A stretch of 64,000 nucleotides of DNA from the human T2T-CHM13v2.0 reference genome, Homo sapiens. Below, piece after piece: positions 15,977-30,833 of this stretch. Under the pieces are notes generated by a model, which ran no database searches, was not told where the DNA came from, and saw only the letters and a list, made by a program, of their open reading frames with translations. The stretch is taken from assembly GCF_009914755.1 (NCBI RefSeq), contig NC_060927.1; one strand, written 5' to 3'. The first letter of the stretch is position 1; every line of letters begins with the position of its first letter. Position numbers and translations under genes: made by a program.

Positions 15977-16592
15977 AAAACAATCCATTTGCAAATGATG
16001 TTTGGGATATGACCATTAATAAGTTCTTACATATTATACGACTTCCTGTATACTATATCACCTATGAAATGTAACCACCTTGTATGTTAAAATAATTTTG
16101 TAAAGAATACTTGAGCACTATTTTTCCTTTTCTTTTGCTAGACGACGATTTCCTTGAAGGCAGGGGCCACATCTTATGTGCCCTTTATTCCAGATCACTT
16201 TCAAACACTTTAGAATCTCAGTTGAATCAAATTTCTCTTTTGTTCTTTATGCCAACAGTGAGACGATAATCTCCCTAACATTCCTCAATTAGCAATTAAT
16301 GATTAGCCTATTGATAACTAGGAGGTAGACAGGGCCAAAAATAACCCCATCTCTGCCGTTAAAGGCCTTTTCTTTTTTGCCCATCATACATGGCTCGTAT
16401 TCCTGCCTCCTCGGTTCTGGTTCTTGCTCCATTAATGAAACTATTCCATCAGAGAACATAACTTGGTTTTCTGGAACCCACTATCTTCCCTGGCAACAAC
16501 CCATCTAGAGAGGCCATGGAGGAAGAATTTCCTGAAACCCCAACATTTGAGTCATAATTTGATGCCTCTTAGGATTCAAAGAGGCCTCAGAC

Positions 16593-16750
16593 CTGTGACT
16601 TTTAAACATTTTGGGAGTATAGGTTCCTTTAAGAATCTTCTGATAGTTATGGACATTCTCTGCAGAAAAATACATTCAGTACCTTAGTACAATTTCAAGG
16701 TGTTCTCAAAACCCCTGAAGCCCTTGGATCCCAGGTTAAGAATTCTTGTT
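16593..16750 (-). mobile_element. Short hAT-Charlie element (Charlie4z-like)
   Basis: Ends in cccctgaagccc..ggatcccaggttaagaattcttg; related termini to the element at 36070. Confidence 0.55.
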
Positions 16751-17096
16751 AGAATAGCCAAGAAAAGGGAATCAGCAACGTGAATGATTCCGGTTTCCTG
16801 GTAAGTGTTCCGGACCTGACTAGTCACTCTCCCTTGCTGAAAACAAAACAAAACAGAACAAAACACAGCAATGACAACTCCCAAGATTTAACCTCAAGAT
16901 TATCCCTGAGAGTCCAAACCTGGGCAGTAATGGTAAAGGCTTCCGGCCAAGCAGTAACTACTCTTTGGAGAACCTCAGTTCAGCTGAGTAAAATAAGCCT
17001 TGTTTGATAATGCCGTTTACATTTCCAAATCCTGGGTATCAAGCTTTCTTCCTATGCCTTGCGGCCTTTCCTAAGTTTAGCCGCTGGTGTAATGGG

Positions 17097-17110
17097 GTAA
17101 CCATGGCAAC
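17097..17110. promoter_or_regulatory. Candidate RFX X-box GTAACCATGGCAAC
   Basis: Near-palindromic match to GTTRCCATGGYAAC in non-repeat intron sequence; function not shown. Confidence 0.45.
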
Positions 17111-18165
17111 AACCACCTGCCTATTTAAAACCATCTCCAATGCTAAATAAGGAAGCCTGAAGAAAATGGCTGCTTGCCTGCCTCTCAGTGGACAAATTGG
17201 GCACTCCTGGGTATTTTAGACATGGGCGAATAGGCAGGGTAGAAGCAGTATGTATGCAAAGTTCTTCATAGGAAGCGTTCGGTGACCTTGTGAAATAGGT
17301 GCTACCTCAGCCCTTCTGTCTTCGTTTGTTAGGCGAGCACGCAGGTTTACGTGCAAATCCGTGGGCCTGTCACCATGTCATCCATGCTACCTTGACCTCA
17401 GTCAGGTGAAGAGTGAGCTGAGAACCTACCCTCAGAGAGAAGTATTGTTTATAGGATCTCGGAAGGGAGAAGGAAAAACAGTCCTACAGATCACAGTGAA
17501 TTTGTTCATACTTTGCATTAAAATGCACGCTACAATCTTTTTTTTTTTTTTTTTCTGACGGATGTGTCTTTCTAATTGTACTTAATCATGTGGGTGATGG
17601 ATGATTGCTCTATTTATGTCATATGTTGGCCTGCCTATTGATTTTTGGCATATGGAGAAATTTCTCCCTCCCTCTGCTTCCTTGCTTTCTGGGAATTACA
17701 GATGTTTGGTTTCTTTCCTCTGCCGAGACCATACAACTGATCACACTGAACATCTTGCTCTTCCACAAGTATACTGCACCCTCTCACTCCTTCGTATCTT
17801 TTCATACATTTGCTTCCTTCTCCCTGTGTTGCCCTCCTCTTTTTCCGTGTCTTGGTTCAGGCGTCTCTGTCATTGGAAAACCCTCCATGCCACGTTTCGT
17901 GTCCTTGGTTTTTGCTCCCATAGGTCACCTCCAGTTACATCACTTAACACAAACCATTCTGCACATCTGCTTTCCAGCCTGTTTCCAGCACCAGGCTGTG
18001 AGTCCCCTACATGCGTCTGTCCAAAATGCCTGTAGAACAGTGTCTGGTGTGCATTACGTTTTCAAAAGATCTGCTGAATGAATGGATGAATGAATGAACA
18101 GAGCCCCGTGGCTTTCACAAGCATATGGCACATGTGCATGAGTACGTATAAGGATACTTGTGTGA

Positions 18166-18483
<318 letters not shown>

Positions 18484-18926
18484 TTAAAAGCCTGAGGAAT
18501 GGGTTGAAGAGGAGTACTTTTTAAAAAAGTGGTTTGTGTGTATCTGGGAGTGCAAAAGACCGTTAGAGGAGATCATCTGAACTGTAAGTTTGTGACTATA
18601 GTATCAGGGGCTGGAAGTACACGTGTTCCTAGTGTGCAGTGAGTGTGTATAGTCTGTGTGTGTGAGAGCAAGAAGATGCTGTGGCAGGATGCACTTCCTA
18701 AAAGGTTCGTTCAGCTGCTATCGGATCCCACAGATCGCTCTTTCTGAAGCTATAGTGTTCAGTTTCTGACCTCTAAAAAGACCTCCTTCTTCTTGGTTGA
18801 CTTCTCAGGCTGTGGGGTCAGGACAAAGAGTAGGAATGAAAATGGCCAGTGATGAAAATGATGGGTCCTGGGCTTTAAATGAATGTCTTCAATGAACACT
18901 CTAACCTCTCTTTTAAGGACAATTCT

Positions 18927-19234
<308 letters not shown>

Positions 19235-20139
19235 CTAAATAAAAGTCAACACCTTTAGGCTCAAAAACAAAGTCCAAATCATTATCCATTCTTCTCCCAA
19301 CCTACCTAGGGTTGGGGTGGGAACAGTGTCTGAAATAGTGGTCATCTTGAAATAGTACAACAAAGAAAAAGAAAGAAAGAATGAAAATTGACTAATGAGA
19401 AGATACAGACAAAGAAGGAAAGAGGGAGAAAGGGGTAGCTATACGTCAGTCACAACTAAGTTCTGGCAAATTTCATCCTACAAGGAAGAAGGGTTTGCTT
19501 TCTCTTGCAAATGATCTGGTTTCCTCTTTCCTTTCATTTTTGAACCTAACTTGGTGACTTCACAGAGTGCCCAGGCTGAGGCTGGGACTTAGAGGGTTCC
19601 GGGTCTCCAGCCTTTGCAGGTACCTCTCTGCTGCTGCCCTCTGCTGTCGGGGGAGGCAAAGGAGACACCCTTCTGGTCCTCCTGGTCCAAGTCCCGGAGC
19701 TGCCACCTCCTCCCATTTGAGACCGACAGAAGCTAGGGTCTCTTCCAGCCTCCCTGCTCTTCCCCAAAAGAATCATGAGGGGCTGGGGTTGGAGGCGCTG
19801 TACTTGGAAGCAGCAGAGACTCAGGACGGGGGTTCCAGTTAGACAAGGGCAGACGCCCTCCCACCTCCTCCCCTGCAAAAGCAGGCCCTTCATACCCACC
19901 TCCTGCCCTCCAGCCCTGCCCTCTGCACAGATCCTTTGGGAGAGGACAGGCAGTTAGCCTGCGCCAAGTTTCTGACACTTTTTTTTTTCTTGGAAATGGA
20001 AACCCTCCTTCCGGCAAGTGGCAGGAAGGCCAAGTCCCCGGCGGCCCTGGCTGGGAAAATTTCCAGAGAGCAGGTGAAAGGCCTCTGTTCCGCCAGGGCC
20101 ACACTGGGTGGGTGGCAGCGCAGCCGGGCCTGCAGCTTA

Positions 20140-20244
<105 letters not shown>

Positions 20245-20614
20245 TCATGACAGTGCAGTGCAGAGGGAAGGGACGCACGCATGCACTCGCTGAGTCATGC
20301 CAACCCTGGGACTCTATCTATCGCATGGTGGGGCTCCAGGTCACATCCGCGGAGCCAACAGAGGCTCAACACTGCCTCCAGGGGGATGAGCTAGCACCAC
20401 CAATACTCTTACAGCCTATGCCAGTTGACTCTGGAGTCCTTGCTATTTCACTCTAGCCCGGACCCGCTGAGAACAGATAGATAGTTCAGGGGTGAGTGAA
20501 GGGGAAAGCCTTTGCCCTTTGGGGAGACTGAGAGTCTGTGAGCAGTTAGAGATCAGGAGCCTGTGTCTGGGGCTGAGCATGAGTCTCTGGAAATGACTTT
20601 CCATACTAGTTCTT

Positions 20615-20790
20615 TTTAAAATAGTTTTTATTTTGGAATATTTTGACTCACAATTAAGTTGCAAAAATAGCATAGAGTTCCTAGGTCCCGTTCACTCAGC
20701 TTCCCCCAATGATAACATTTTATATAACTATAGGATATTGTCAAAACCAGAAACCTGACATTGGTAGATGCTATTAGATATTAAGTCTTA
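20615..20790 (-). mobile_element. Old L1 (L1MC-like) 3' fragment
   Basis: tttgactcacaattaagttgcaaaaatagcatagagttcc...gaaacctgacattggta. Confidence 0.6.
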
Positions 20791-21475
20791 ACCATCCACA
20801 CCAATAGAAATAATTAGTGGCACTGGATAACATGCTTACTAGATAATAAAACAAAATTAAACTCTGGCTTCTGCTTCTTGATCACTTCACTCGAAGGACT
20901 CCCTCCAAGGCCAATAAGAGTCATTATTACATCATGTGGACACTGCCCTCCTATTAGCACATCCCTTTGCCACACTAGCGGCCCCCTGCACTCCAGCACT
21001 CACAGTTAGGATGGCTGTCATGCACTGTGCTCCTGGGCTCTCCATCCTCTGACCACAACTCCCTAACCCTGGGTTCTACCTGCGGCCCCCACTCCACACC
21101 GTGGCCATCTCGTGAGTTCTCGTGGCTGTTACCAGCATCTGAATGATGATAGCTCCAAAGTGTCAATCTCTAGAGCCAACCCTAAGCCTCAAACCTGAAA
21201 CGGAACTTGTCTTTCCTCCTCAAACTCGGTCTTCCACCCTCGACAATGGTCTCATTTTCCAGCAGAAGAATGTGTAACGCCCCTTCACCGCTCAGGCCCC
21301 ATACTGGTACTTTGGGTGCAGGTGCTGGGCTTCAGAAATAAACAGGCTAATTGAGCCGGAGATGGGGGGTGACACAGAAACCAGGGAGTTGACTAGATTT
21401 GTTTTGCAATGAAAAATATACAAACCCATTTACTGGAATACATGGCTACAAAACACTTGAAATTCCATGCAGTGA

Positions 21476-21937
<462 letters not shown>

Positions 21938-22037
21938 TGAAAGGTGGCAGGGCAAGAGGAGAAGATGGGCTTATTTTGTGATTGGCAAACATTCTTTGCT
22001 AAAATGATGTTTTGAGAGTTTAAAATTTAAACTTTAG

Positions 22038-22344
<307 letters not shown>

Positions 22345-23453
22345 CAATTTATTTTTTAGCTTAAGATATATTAAGAGTTTAAGGTCTTGGAGAGGCACCC
22401 CCATGGGTGCACGGGTGAGATGTGCGGACCCCAGAGAGGCCTCTGTCCCTGAGGCCTGTCCAGCCTGCACCGCTTCCCTGGACAGCAGCACTTCATGCTC
22501 CCAGACTGTACCCACCTCCCACTCTCTGAGCAAATTTCAGTGAACACCCTCAATAAGATTCATGTGACATTTGTCAAATGCTTCTCTAAAATTCGAGAAA
22601 ATATTCCATCTACTTCTATTCCTTTGAAGCACTAATTTTCGTCTGTCAGGAAAAAAAAAGTGGAGGGGGGCGGGGAAGAAAAAAGCAATCACATGTTGCC
22701 TGGCACAATTTGTACTTCGCTATCCCCTACCCCCAATACTGCTGATTGACTCCCAGCTTTTTTATTCTCCGGGATATGTGTACAGGCCCCCTCCTTCCAT
22801 GCAGTTCTGATTGTCTTTGGTTTTTCCATAACTAGGTTTTGCAAAGATGCTTTTTACAAAGACCAGCCTTTAAAACATTATTAGTGAAGCACGTGGTCCC
22901 TAATTTGACAATGTAATCCCTTGGCAAATACACAAAGTAGCAAGGGAGAGTAGAGCAGCTCCTTTTCTAAGTCTTAAAAAGGCAATGAGGGTGAAGACTC
23001 TGACCACGTTTCTCTATCTGGGGATTAAAAAGAGAGTCGAGATTCACTTTCACTCTCTGGAGCTTCTATGTCAGGCAATGACCTGAGCATATTTACAATC
23101 AGTAGTGACTTCATTTAAATTTGGGAAACCAGGGCTACGATGGTTCAAACCCTTTCTTGGTTATTAAGGCGTAAACCCTTTCTTGATGATAATTAAGGCA
23201 AAGCGAGACTTCTGTTCTGAAGGCAGGAGATGGGAATTACAAATCCATGGAAGTGATGATAGCATTTCTCACAGCCTTACTCTCTGAGGTCTTTTCTTTC
23301 AGGTGTGGGGTGAAGAGGAGATGGTGGAAGGTATGGACATAGAGCCTCTTTCCTGAACTACAACTCCAAGCACATGGGTGGACAAAGAAATTTGGGCCCC
23401 TTCCAAGTACATGCATCAGTCATTTGGACTCTGAGATATTGGAGTATCTAGGC

Positions 23454-24133
<680 letters not shown>

Positions 24134-25599
24134 GTCTAAGTCACTTTGGCAATTTACGGAGATAAAAAGATGGAAAGGAGACCATAAGACAGATTATTTG
24201 AAATTGGGGTTGTTCTGAAAATTATGGGAGATTGGGGAATGGAAAAGGGTATAGACCCTTGTCCACGTCCCTCTGGGGAGTCCCACTGTATTAGTATCTT
24301 CATGGCTCTCACAGGTGACAAATAACCTGGTGCCAGCAGAATCCAAGAATCTGCAGGAAAAATTATGTCTTGTTGAGAAATTCCCTATGTGTAGGACGCT
24401 TATCATGGTGGGAAGCTTGTCTGGTGATAGCTAGGAACGATCTGCAAGGTGGAAAACGGTGCGTGGGTCAGTGCAACCACTGTGGCCTCTCCTTGGCCCT
24501 TGGGCTCCCCTAGCATCAGAAATAGATTTCACTGAATCAAGGGATTAGCTGTTCACCTGTCCTGTTAAGGCTCATGAAAGCAGAGCTTGTGAGGAGTTCA
24601 GAGTTACACATACTTTGGGAATTATTTTGTAGTCCCAAACTTCCTGTCACTGATACCTGGCCATCCTGACATTTTCTGCTAATCTAAAAATAAAGAACAG
24701 GGAGGAGCAGGCCAGAGAAGTCAGAGGAAGTGGCATCCTGAATGACTGTGTTTAAAATCTCCTGCCAGTAGATATTATCAGTTAGAAGGACTGATAAGGC
24801 CAACGATCTTAGCTTCTCACTGGTGAGAAACTGATGTGTGGATGGGGCTGTCGTAGCAATGAGGGCACAGTCACTCCCTGGAGAGGCCAGGAGACCCTGC
24901 CTTATTTATTCCCTCAGCTATTAAATGGGTTCTGTTGGCATCAAGGGGTCTCAGTAAACTCATCAGAGAAAATTCTACCCACAGCACCCAAGGGCACTGT
25001 CTCAGAGGTCATTGTCATCATCTTTATAAATACAAAGCAACAGATGTTTGCTATCATAAGATATTCTAGGTCCTTCAAAAGAGGCAAAGACCTTGGCAGG
25101 GCTCTCTTTGCCAATGGAGTCCGCCTCTATTTGATCATCATAAGGAAGTAAAACTTCCTCGGTTTACATACCTACTTCTCTTACAAAGTTTGGGAAGTCA
25201 AATAGGGAGCAAGACCTTCTGCAAATGTCAGCCCCAGACTCTGTTAGGGTTGCGTGTTGGTTACTTGTTTTCTCAAGAATTTCTCTTTTCAACTTTTAAA
25301 GAGCGAGCATACAAACCCTGCAAACATTTTATTGAGAGAAAGCCAAGGGCACACCAATGAGATGAGAACAGCCCTGGTTTCTCATTCTTCTGCAATATAA
25401 TATTAAACATGGATAAGCTAAAGGTGTATGAAAAAAATTACAAGAAAGATATTGTGAAGTTGTTCATAATTGGAAAGATGAATAGATTGGATTATTATAA
25501 GTCAGCCCAAGGTAGGTAAATTATCTTGACCACTGAGAGTGATGGAGAATCTGTTTATATGTGTTTCCTTGGGGACAATTAATTAGCCAGCCAGCAGGA

Positions 25600-25665
25600 C
25601 TTCCTTCCTTCCTTCTTTCCTTCCTTCCTCCCTTCCTTCCTTCCTTCCTCCCTCCCTTCCTTCCT
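25600..25665. repeat. (TTCC)n-type polypyrimidine microsatellite
   Basis: Imperfect TTCC/TCCC array. Confidence 0.9.
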
Positions 25666-26134
25666 TTTTTCCTACTTTTTTTGCTAGAATAAATTAAAAC
25701 TATGATTACTGAATAGTCTTGGCTCTTGGGTTTAGGGCCTGGCTATTTAGTTGAGGGAAGGCTGTCCATTCCTCTTTGTGTGTTCATCCATTTGGTCAGC
25801 AGATACTAAGGAGGGCCATCTTATACAGGGCACTGTGTTGAGACAGGGAGGTGTGGGGAACCATGTTTTTGTCAGCCAGAGCTGGGTGTGTTAGAAAGGG
25901 AAGAGGTGGGGCTGAAGCTTCTGCAGGCAGCTGCGCTGTAACCTGCTGTCTAGAAGTTCCCAGGCAGCTCTGCCAGTCTTGCTCCTCAGCTCTGGCTTCC
26001 AGCCCGTTGCTTAGAGGGCTAGTTCTCCCCTCCTTCCTTGCTTCCCTCTCCATTTATTTCAGTTCCGGCTTCCATGCCAGCGAAGAGCCACTTCCTTTGA
26101 CCATTCTTTTCTGCTCTAGTAGGTTGTCTTCACT

Positions 26135-26310
26135 CCCTGAGAACTTGGTCAGGACCATCTGCATCAGAATGATCTCAGGGTCTTGTTAAAAATGCCAGTT
26201 CCCAGACCTTACCCAGACCTACTGAGTTGGAATATGAATCAGCATCTGTTGTGGGGGTGGAATTTACATTTCTGATAAGAGGTGGTGGTGAGCCACCACA
26301 ACTAAATTTT
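26135..26310. mobile_element. MER5-like hAT-Charlie fragment
   Basis: gcatcagaat...cttgttaaaaatg...cccagacctactgag. Confidence 0.6.
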
Positions 26311-27198
26311 GAGATTCCCCTCTTTCAAACCATGTTACATTTGGCAACATGAAGACGGAGGGGGCTTCAAGGAGGCACAAAGCTCAGTGGTCCACAGCTC
26401 AGTTGGCTCTAGAGTTCAAATATTATGATTCCAAGCTCTGCCACTCACCGGCCTGAACTTGTTTCTGTACCTCTCTAAGCTATGGTTCCTTCTTACAAAA
26501 CACAAATGGATAATGCCTGCCTCCACTGGCAGGGAAACTATGTCTGGTGTGCAGTAGGTACTCAATAAATGTTAGCAAGTTATGTTCTGGTTACTATAGG
26601 AAAAAGACATATGAGTTTTTTTTAACTGTAATGATGGGAAGCCCACGCTCCAGAACCCCGGACCTGTCAGTCATGTCTAATTTGCAGGAGCTGAAGGCTG
26701 CACATGTTCCTGCTGGGGGAAGCGGAGCCTGAACAGCCGGTCCAAAAAGGAGAGGGGCCTTTGAGCACGAAGAGGAGGGAGGGCATCTGCGTGGGTCACT
26801 GGAGGGGGCACCTGGAAGAGGTCTAGGGAAACATTCCCCTCAGCTGAGGCCGGGGATCCAGTGGGATGAATCAGATTGGGACATAGGAACCCCTAAACTT
26901 GCTCCCAGTCTACCACCTCCACCCTCTCAGAACCCGATCATGGGCCCAGCAATGCTTCCCTCTTCTGCTTTAGTAATAGAAAAAGAGCACCGGATTAGGA
27001 GTCAGAGAATAAAGGCAAATCCCTTAATCTGAGTCTCTGTTTTCTTATTCATAAAATAGAGATAATAATGCCCTTCAGAATATATCTGTGAATTTGGTAA
27101 ATTTTAAATCCTTCTGTAAATATAAGGTATTATTATTTTTAGTCCTTTCTTCTCCCATGGTTCTCTATTTAGCCTTCTTATTAAAAAAATAAAACCTA

Positions 27199-27498
27199 GG
27201 CTGGGCATGGTGGCTCACGCCGGTAATCCCAGCACTTTGGGAGGCTGAGGCAGGTGGATCGTTTGAGGTCAGGAGTTTGAGACCAGCCTGGCCAATGTGG
27301 TGAAACTCCATCTCTACTAAAAATACAAAAATTAGCTGGATGTGGTGATGCACGCTTGTAACCCCAACTTCTGAGGCAGGAGAATCGCTTGAACCTGGGA
27401 AGCGGAGGTTGCAGTGAGCTGAGATAATGCCATTGCACTCCAGCCTAAGTGACAGAGTGAGACTCGTCTCAAAAACAAAACAAAACAAAACAAAACAA
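27199..27498 (+). mobile_element. AluS with a short internal deletion in the right arm
   Basis: Dimer with (AAAAC)n tail. Confidence 0.93.
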
Positions 27499-27888
27499 CA
27501 CCCTTTACTTAAACTTGCTATCCCCTCAAGCCACCTATCATTTCTCCTTCTCTTTCCTTTAAAAAAAATTAAAATACCAAAATTTCAAAAGAAACACAGC
27601 TGAGGATGGTTGAGGAGTGCAGGTATCACAGAGTCTGGGGCAGAGGATTCGTCTGGAGGGTTTCATATGCATGTGAAACTGGGCAGCACAACTCCAAAGA
27701 CAAGGGAACAGAGAGGAGAGAACCTGGCTCCAGAACAAGGCACCACCATGCGAGTCAAGGGTCTCGAAGCCTCATCTGTAGAGTGAGATGAGCGGGATAA
27801 TGATACCTGCAGGACTACTGTGAGGGCTGGAATATGTACAGTCTAGCACTGTGGAGAGCACACAGGTACTCAATAAATGCTAGTGGCT

Positions 27889-28135
27889 GTTCTCACTTAC
27901 AAGTGGGAGCTGAACGATGAGAACACATGGACACGAGGGGGAAACCAACACACACTGGGGCCTGTGGGGATGTTGGGGGAGGGAGAGCATCAGGAAGAAA
28001 CAGCTAATGGATGCTGGGCTTAGTACCTAGGTGAAGGGATGATGTGTGCAGCAACTCACCATGGCACACACTTACCCACATAACAGACCTGCACATCCTG
28101 CACATGTACCCCTGAACTTAAAATAAAAGTTTAGG
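27889..28135 (+). mobile_element. L1PA/L1PB (older primate) 3' end
   Basis: gttctcacttacaagtgggagctgaac...gcacatgtacccctgaacttaaaataaaag. Confidence 0.88.
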
Positions 28136-28177
28136 GAAAAAATTTGATAAATATTTGTTGAAAAAAAGAACAAATAG

Positions 28178-28530
<353 letters not shown>

Positions 28531-29409
28531 TAGTGTCTTTGTTGCACCCCCACCCCCTCCCAACCCCCAGCTTCATTTATAGAAATGATTGATCTGTCCC
28601 CTCCTGTTCCGATCCTGTTCACAGCAGCCTGGGAAGCAGTGCCCACTCCAATCCTCTTTGGACCAGAAGCTGAGCTACACTAGATGTGCTGGGGCTAGTG
28701 GGTGAAAAAGGAACAGAGTGCTGTCCTTGCACTGAGGGAGTGTGTGTGTGTGCATGGCAGTGGGGGGCACCAGATAAGCACATTAAACCAATTCCTTCAA
28801 CCTAATGCAGAGTGTGCATGAATGGGGTGAGCATAAGGGCTGTGGGAGCATCAAGGAGGCTCACAGCATTCAGCCTAAGGGGTCAGCTGGGAGGAGACTC
28901 CCCTAGAGGTTTATGATGCCCATGGAGTGAGTGGAATGGGGTTGAGAGAAGAGAGAATAGGAGAGAAGGAAATCTGAGGGCTAAGCCAGCCAGGGCAACT
29001 TGGGACCACATGGTCTTCCTTTGAAGATCAGAATTCCCAGTTCCTGAAGCTCATGTGAGAGTTTCCTACCAACCTTGTCCCCCGGTTATTTCTTGGTGTT
29101 GCTTTTCTACGACTGCTACAAATTGCAGAAGGAGAAAATATGTCTTTTGAAAATTTTTCTGTCTTTTCCTGTGTTAGTTAAAATGACAGAGGAGAGAATT
29201 TACTCCCTAAGCAAGAGATGGGGAATAAAGCGGGGGTGCAATCAGGGTGTCCACACTCAGGCCAAGTTTCAGAATGCTTGGACCCAACTCAGGGCTGGGG
29301 GGGCAGGTAAGACAGGTAGACACTAGGGACCCAGAGGGGACAACAGAAGGCTGGAACCCTTCCTGGGCGTTTCCCTTCCATACAGAAAGGTGATCTTTGA
29401 CCAACTCAC

Positions 29410-29570
29410 CACACCAATGGAGAAATAGTTGTTCATGATGCTGTATGGGACCTGGTCCCCGTTTTCCACTTCCTCTCTGGGGATGACTTCCAGATGCCAG
29501 CGGTCCAGCATCACCAAGGGGCTCTGCTCAATGTCTTTCAGGATTTTTGTCAAGCTGCCCCCTTCATAAC
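29410..29570 (-). CDS. DGKG: DGKG coding exon (~exon 19), 161 nt: (G)[53 protein letters not shown]
   Basis: Acceptor tcctccacag|GT, donor GTG|gtgagt; LDRW and NNYFSIG motifs; phase 1-0. Confidence 0.98.
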
Positions 29571-30743
29571 CTGTGGAGGACAGCACTGCATTTGCCACCA
29601 CAGCAGAAAGGCTGTATTCTTGCTAATGCACAGGTAGTTGTCAGGGCAGGTAAGCCCAGGGCATCTGTGACTATGGGACTCCCCACTGTGTCTGTGGGCT
29701 AGAGACACTTACGTTCCCCGAGCCACAGAGAAGGGCAGGATAACTGAAAGTAATCAGAGGCTGGGGGCAGGGGAGGGAGTGGGTGCTAGCTAAAGGTCAC
29801 AGGCCTGTGTAGCTGAAGCGAAGCAAACCCTGGAGAAGCGGTGGGCTGGATGGCTGGGAGTCTCTGCATGGGAGAACAGCAGATCCTTCTGGGCTGTGTC
29901 ATGTGGGAGATGGACAGTGTGGCAGGCAGAATTTTAAGATGGCCGCTAGGCCTAGGTCCTGCTTGCTTTGACACTGCCCACCAAGCATAGCTGATCATTG
30001 AACACTGACCATTGCACTGCCTGGTCTTGACTCATTCTCTGAATTAGCAGCCATCTGGAGTCCCCACCCCTTTTCTGGCCGGCAGCCTGATCTGTCTGCT
30101 CCATGTGTTGAGCTGAACTTCTCCATTTTCTGGCGCATGTCCAACGCCATGGGGGCTACTGCAGTTTGCAAAGTTCTCTGCCCCTTGTCTTATACACTGG
30201 TTACCACTCTGTGTTTCCTCTTAGGGAAATTTCAAAATGAGGGCCCATGGCTATGGGGCTTAGGATGATCTGAATGCTTCTAGTGACGGTAAGTAACTGG
30301 AGATGTAGCATTTTGGTCCTCAGTTTTAGTCCTAATTCAGAAGATCAGCCATTTGTGGGAGAGGGAATTTCACACAGAAAACATCTAAGTGAGCACCTTC
30401 TTGGATGGGACTCTGGGGATGGGACATATGAGACTTTGTCTTTACCCTACAGTTGATTGCTTTCTACTGGGGAAAGCAGGCTCTAAGTTGATGGTTTCAG
30501 GATGATAGTAAACTCGGGGCTGAGGGAGAAAAAGCTCCCAGAGCCCAGAAGAGGGGCTTCTATTCTAGATTCAGCATGGGATGGAGGGCAGAGAAAGGGT
30601 CATGGACTTGACATGACTGCAGAGTTGAGTATTATGCTGCGGAATGTGATCCATAAAAGGGTAAGTTCAGCCTAGCTCTGTAGAGCATCTCTGTAAACAG
30701 GAACACCTGTTCCCAGGGTACCACCATTAGCATGCAAACTCAC

Positions 30744-30833
30744 CTCCTCCCCAGCGGAGACAACGGGCAAGGTCATTTCCTGTTCCAAGAGGCAGGACAG
30801 CCACTGGTGGATGCTTTGCAAAGTTGGCCTTAT
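30744..30833 (-). CDS. DGKG: DGKG coding exon (~exon 18), 90 nt: (D)[29 protein letters not shown](G)
   Basis: Acceptor gtcttgcag|AT, donor G|gtgagt; [11 protein letters not shown] motif; phase 1-1. Confidence 0.98.

Noticed and set aside
23147-23199. Imperfect duplication AAACCCTTTCTTG...ATTAAGGC (a similar 25-bp-period pair lies at 58016-58060)
   Set aside because: Ordinary degraded slippage duplications with no further signal
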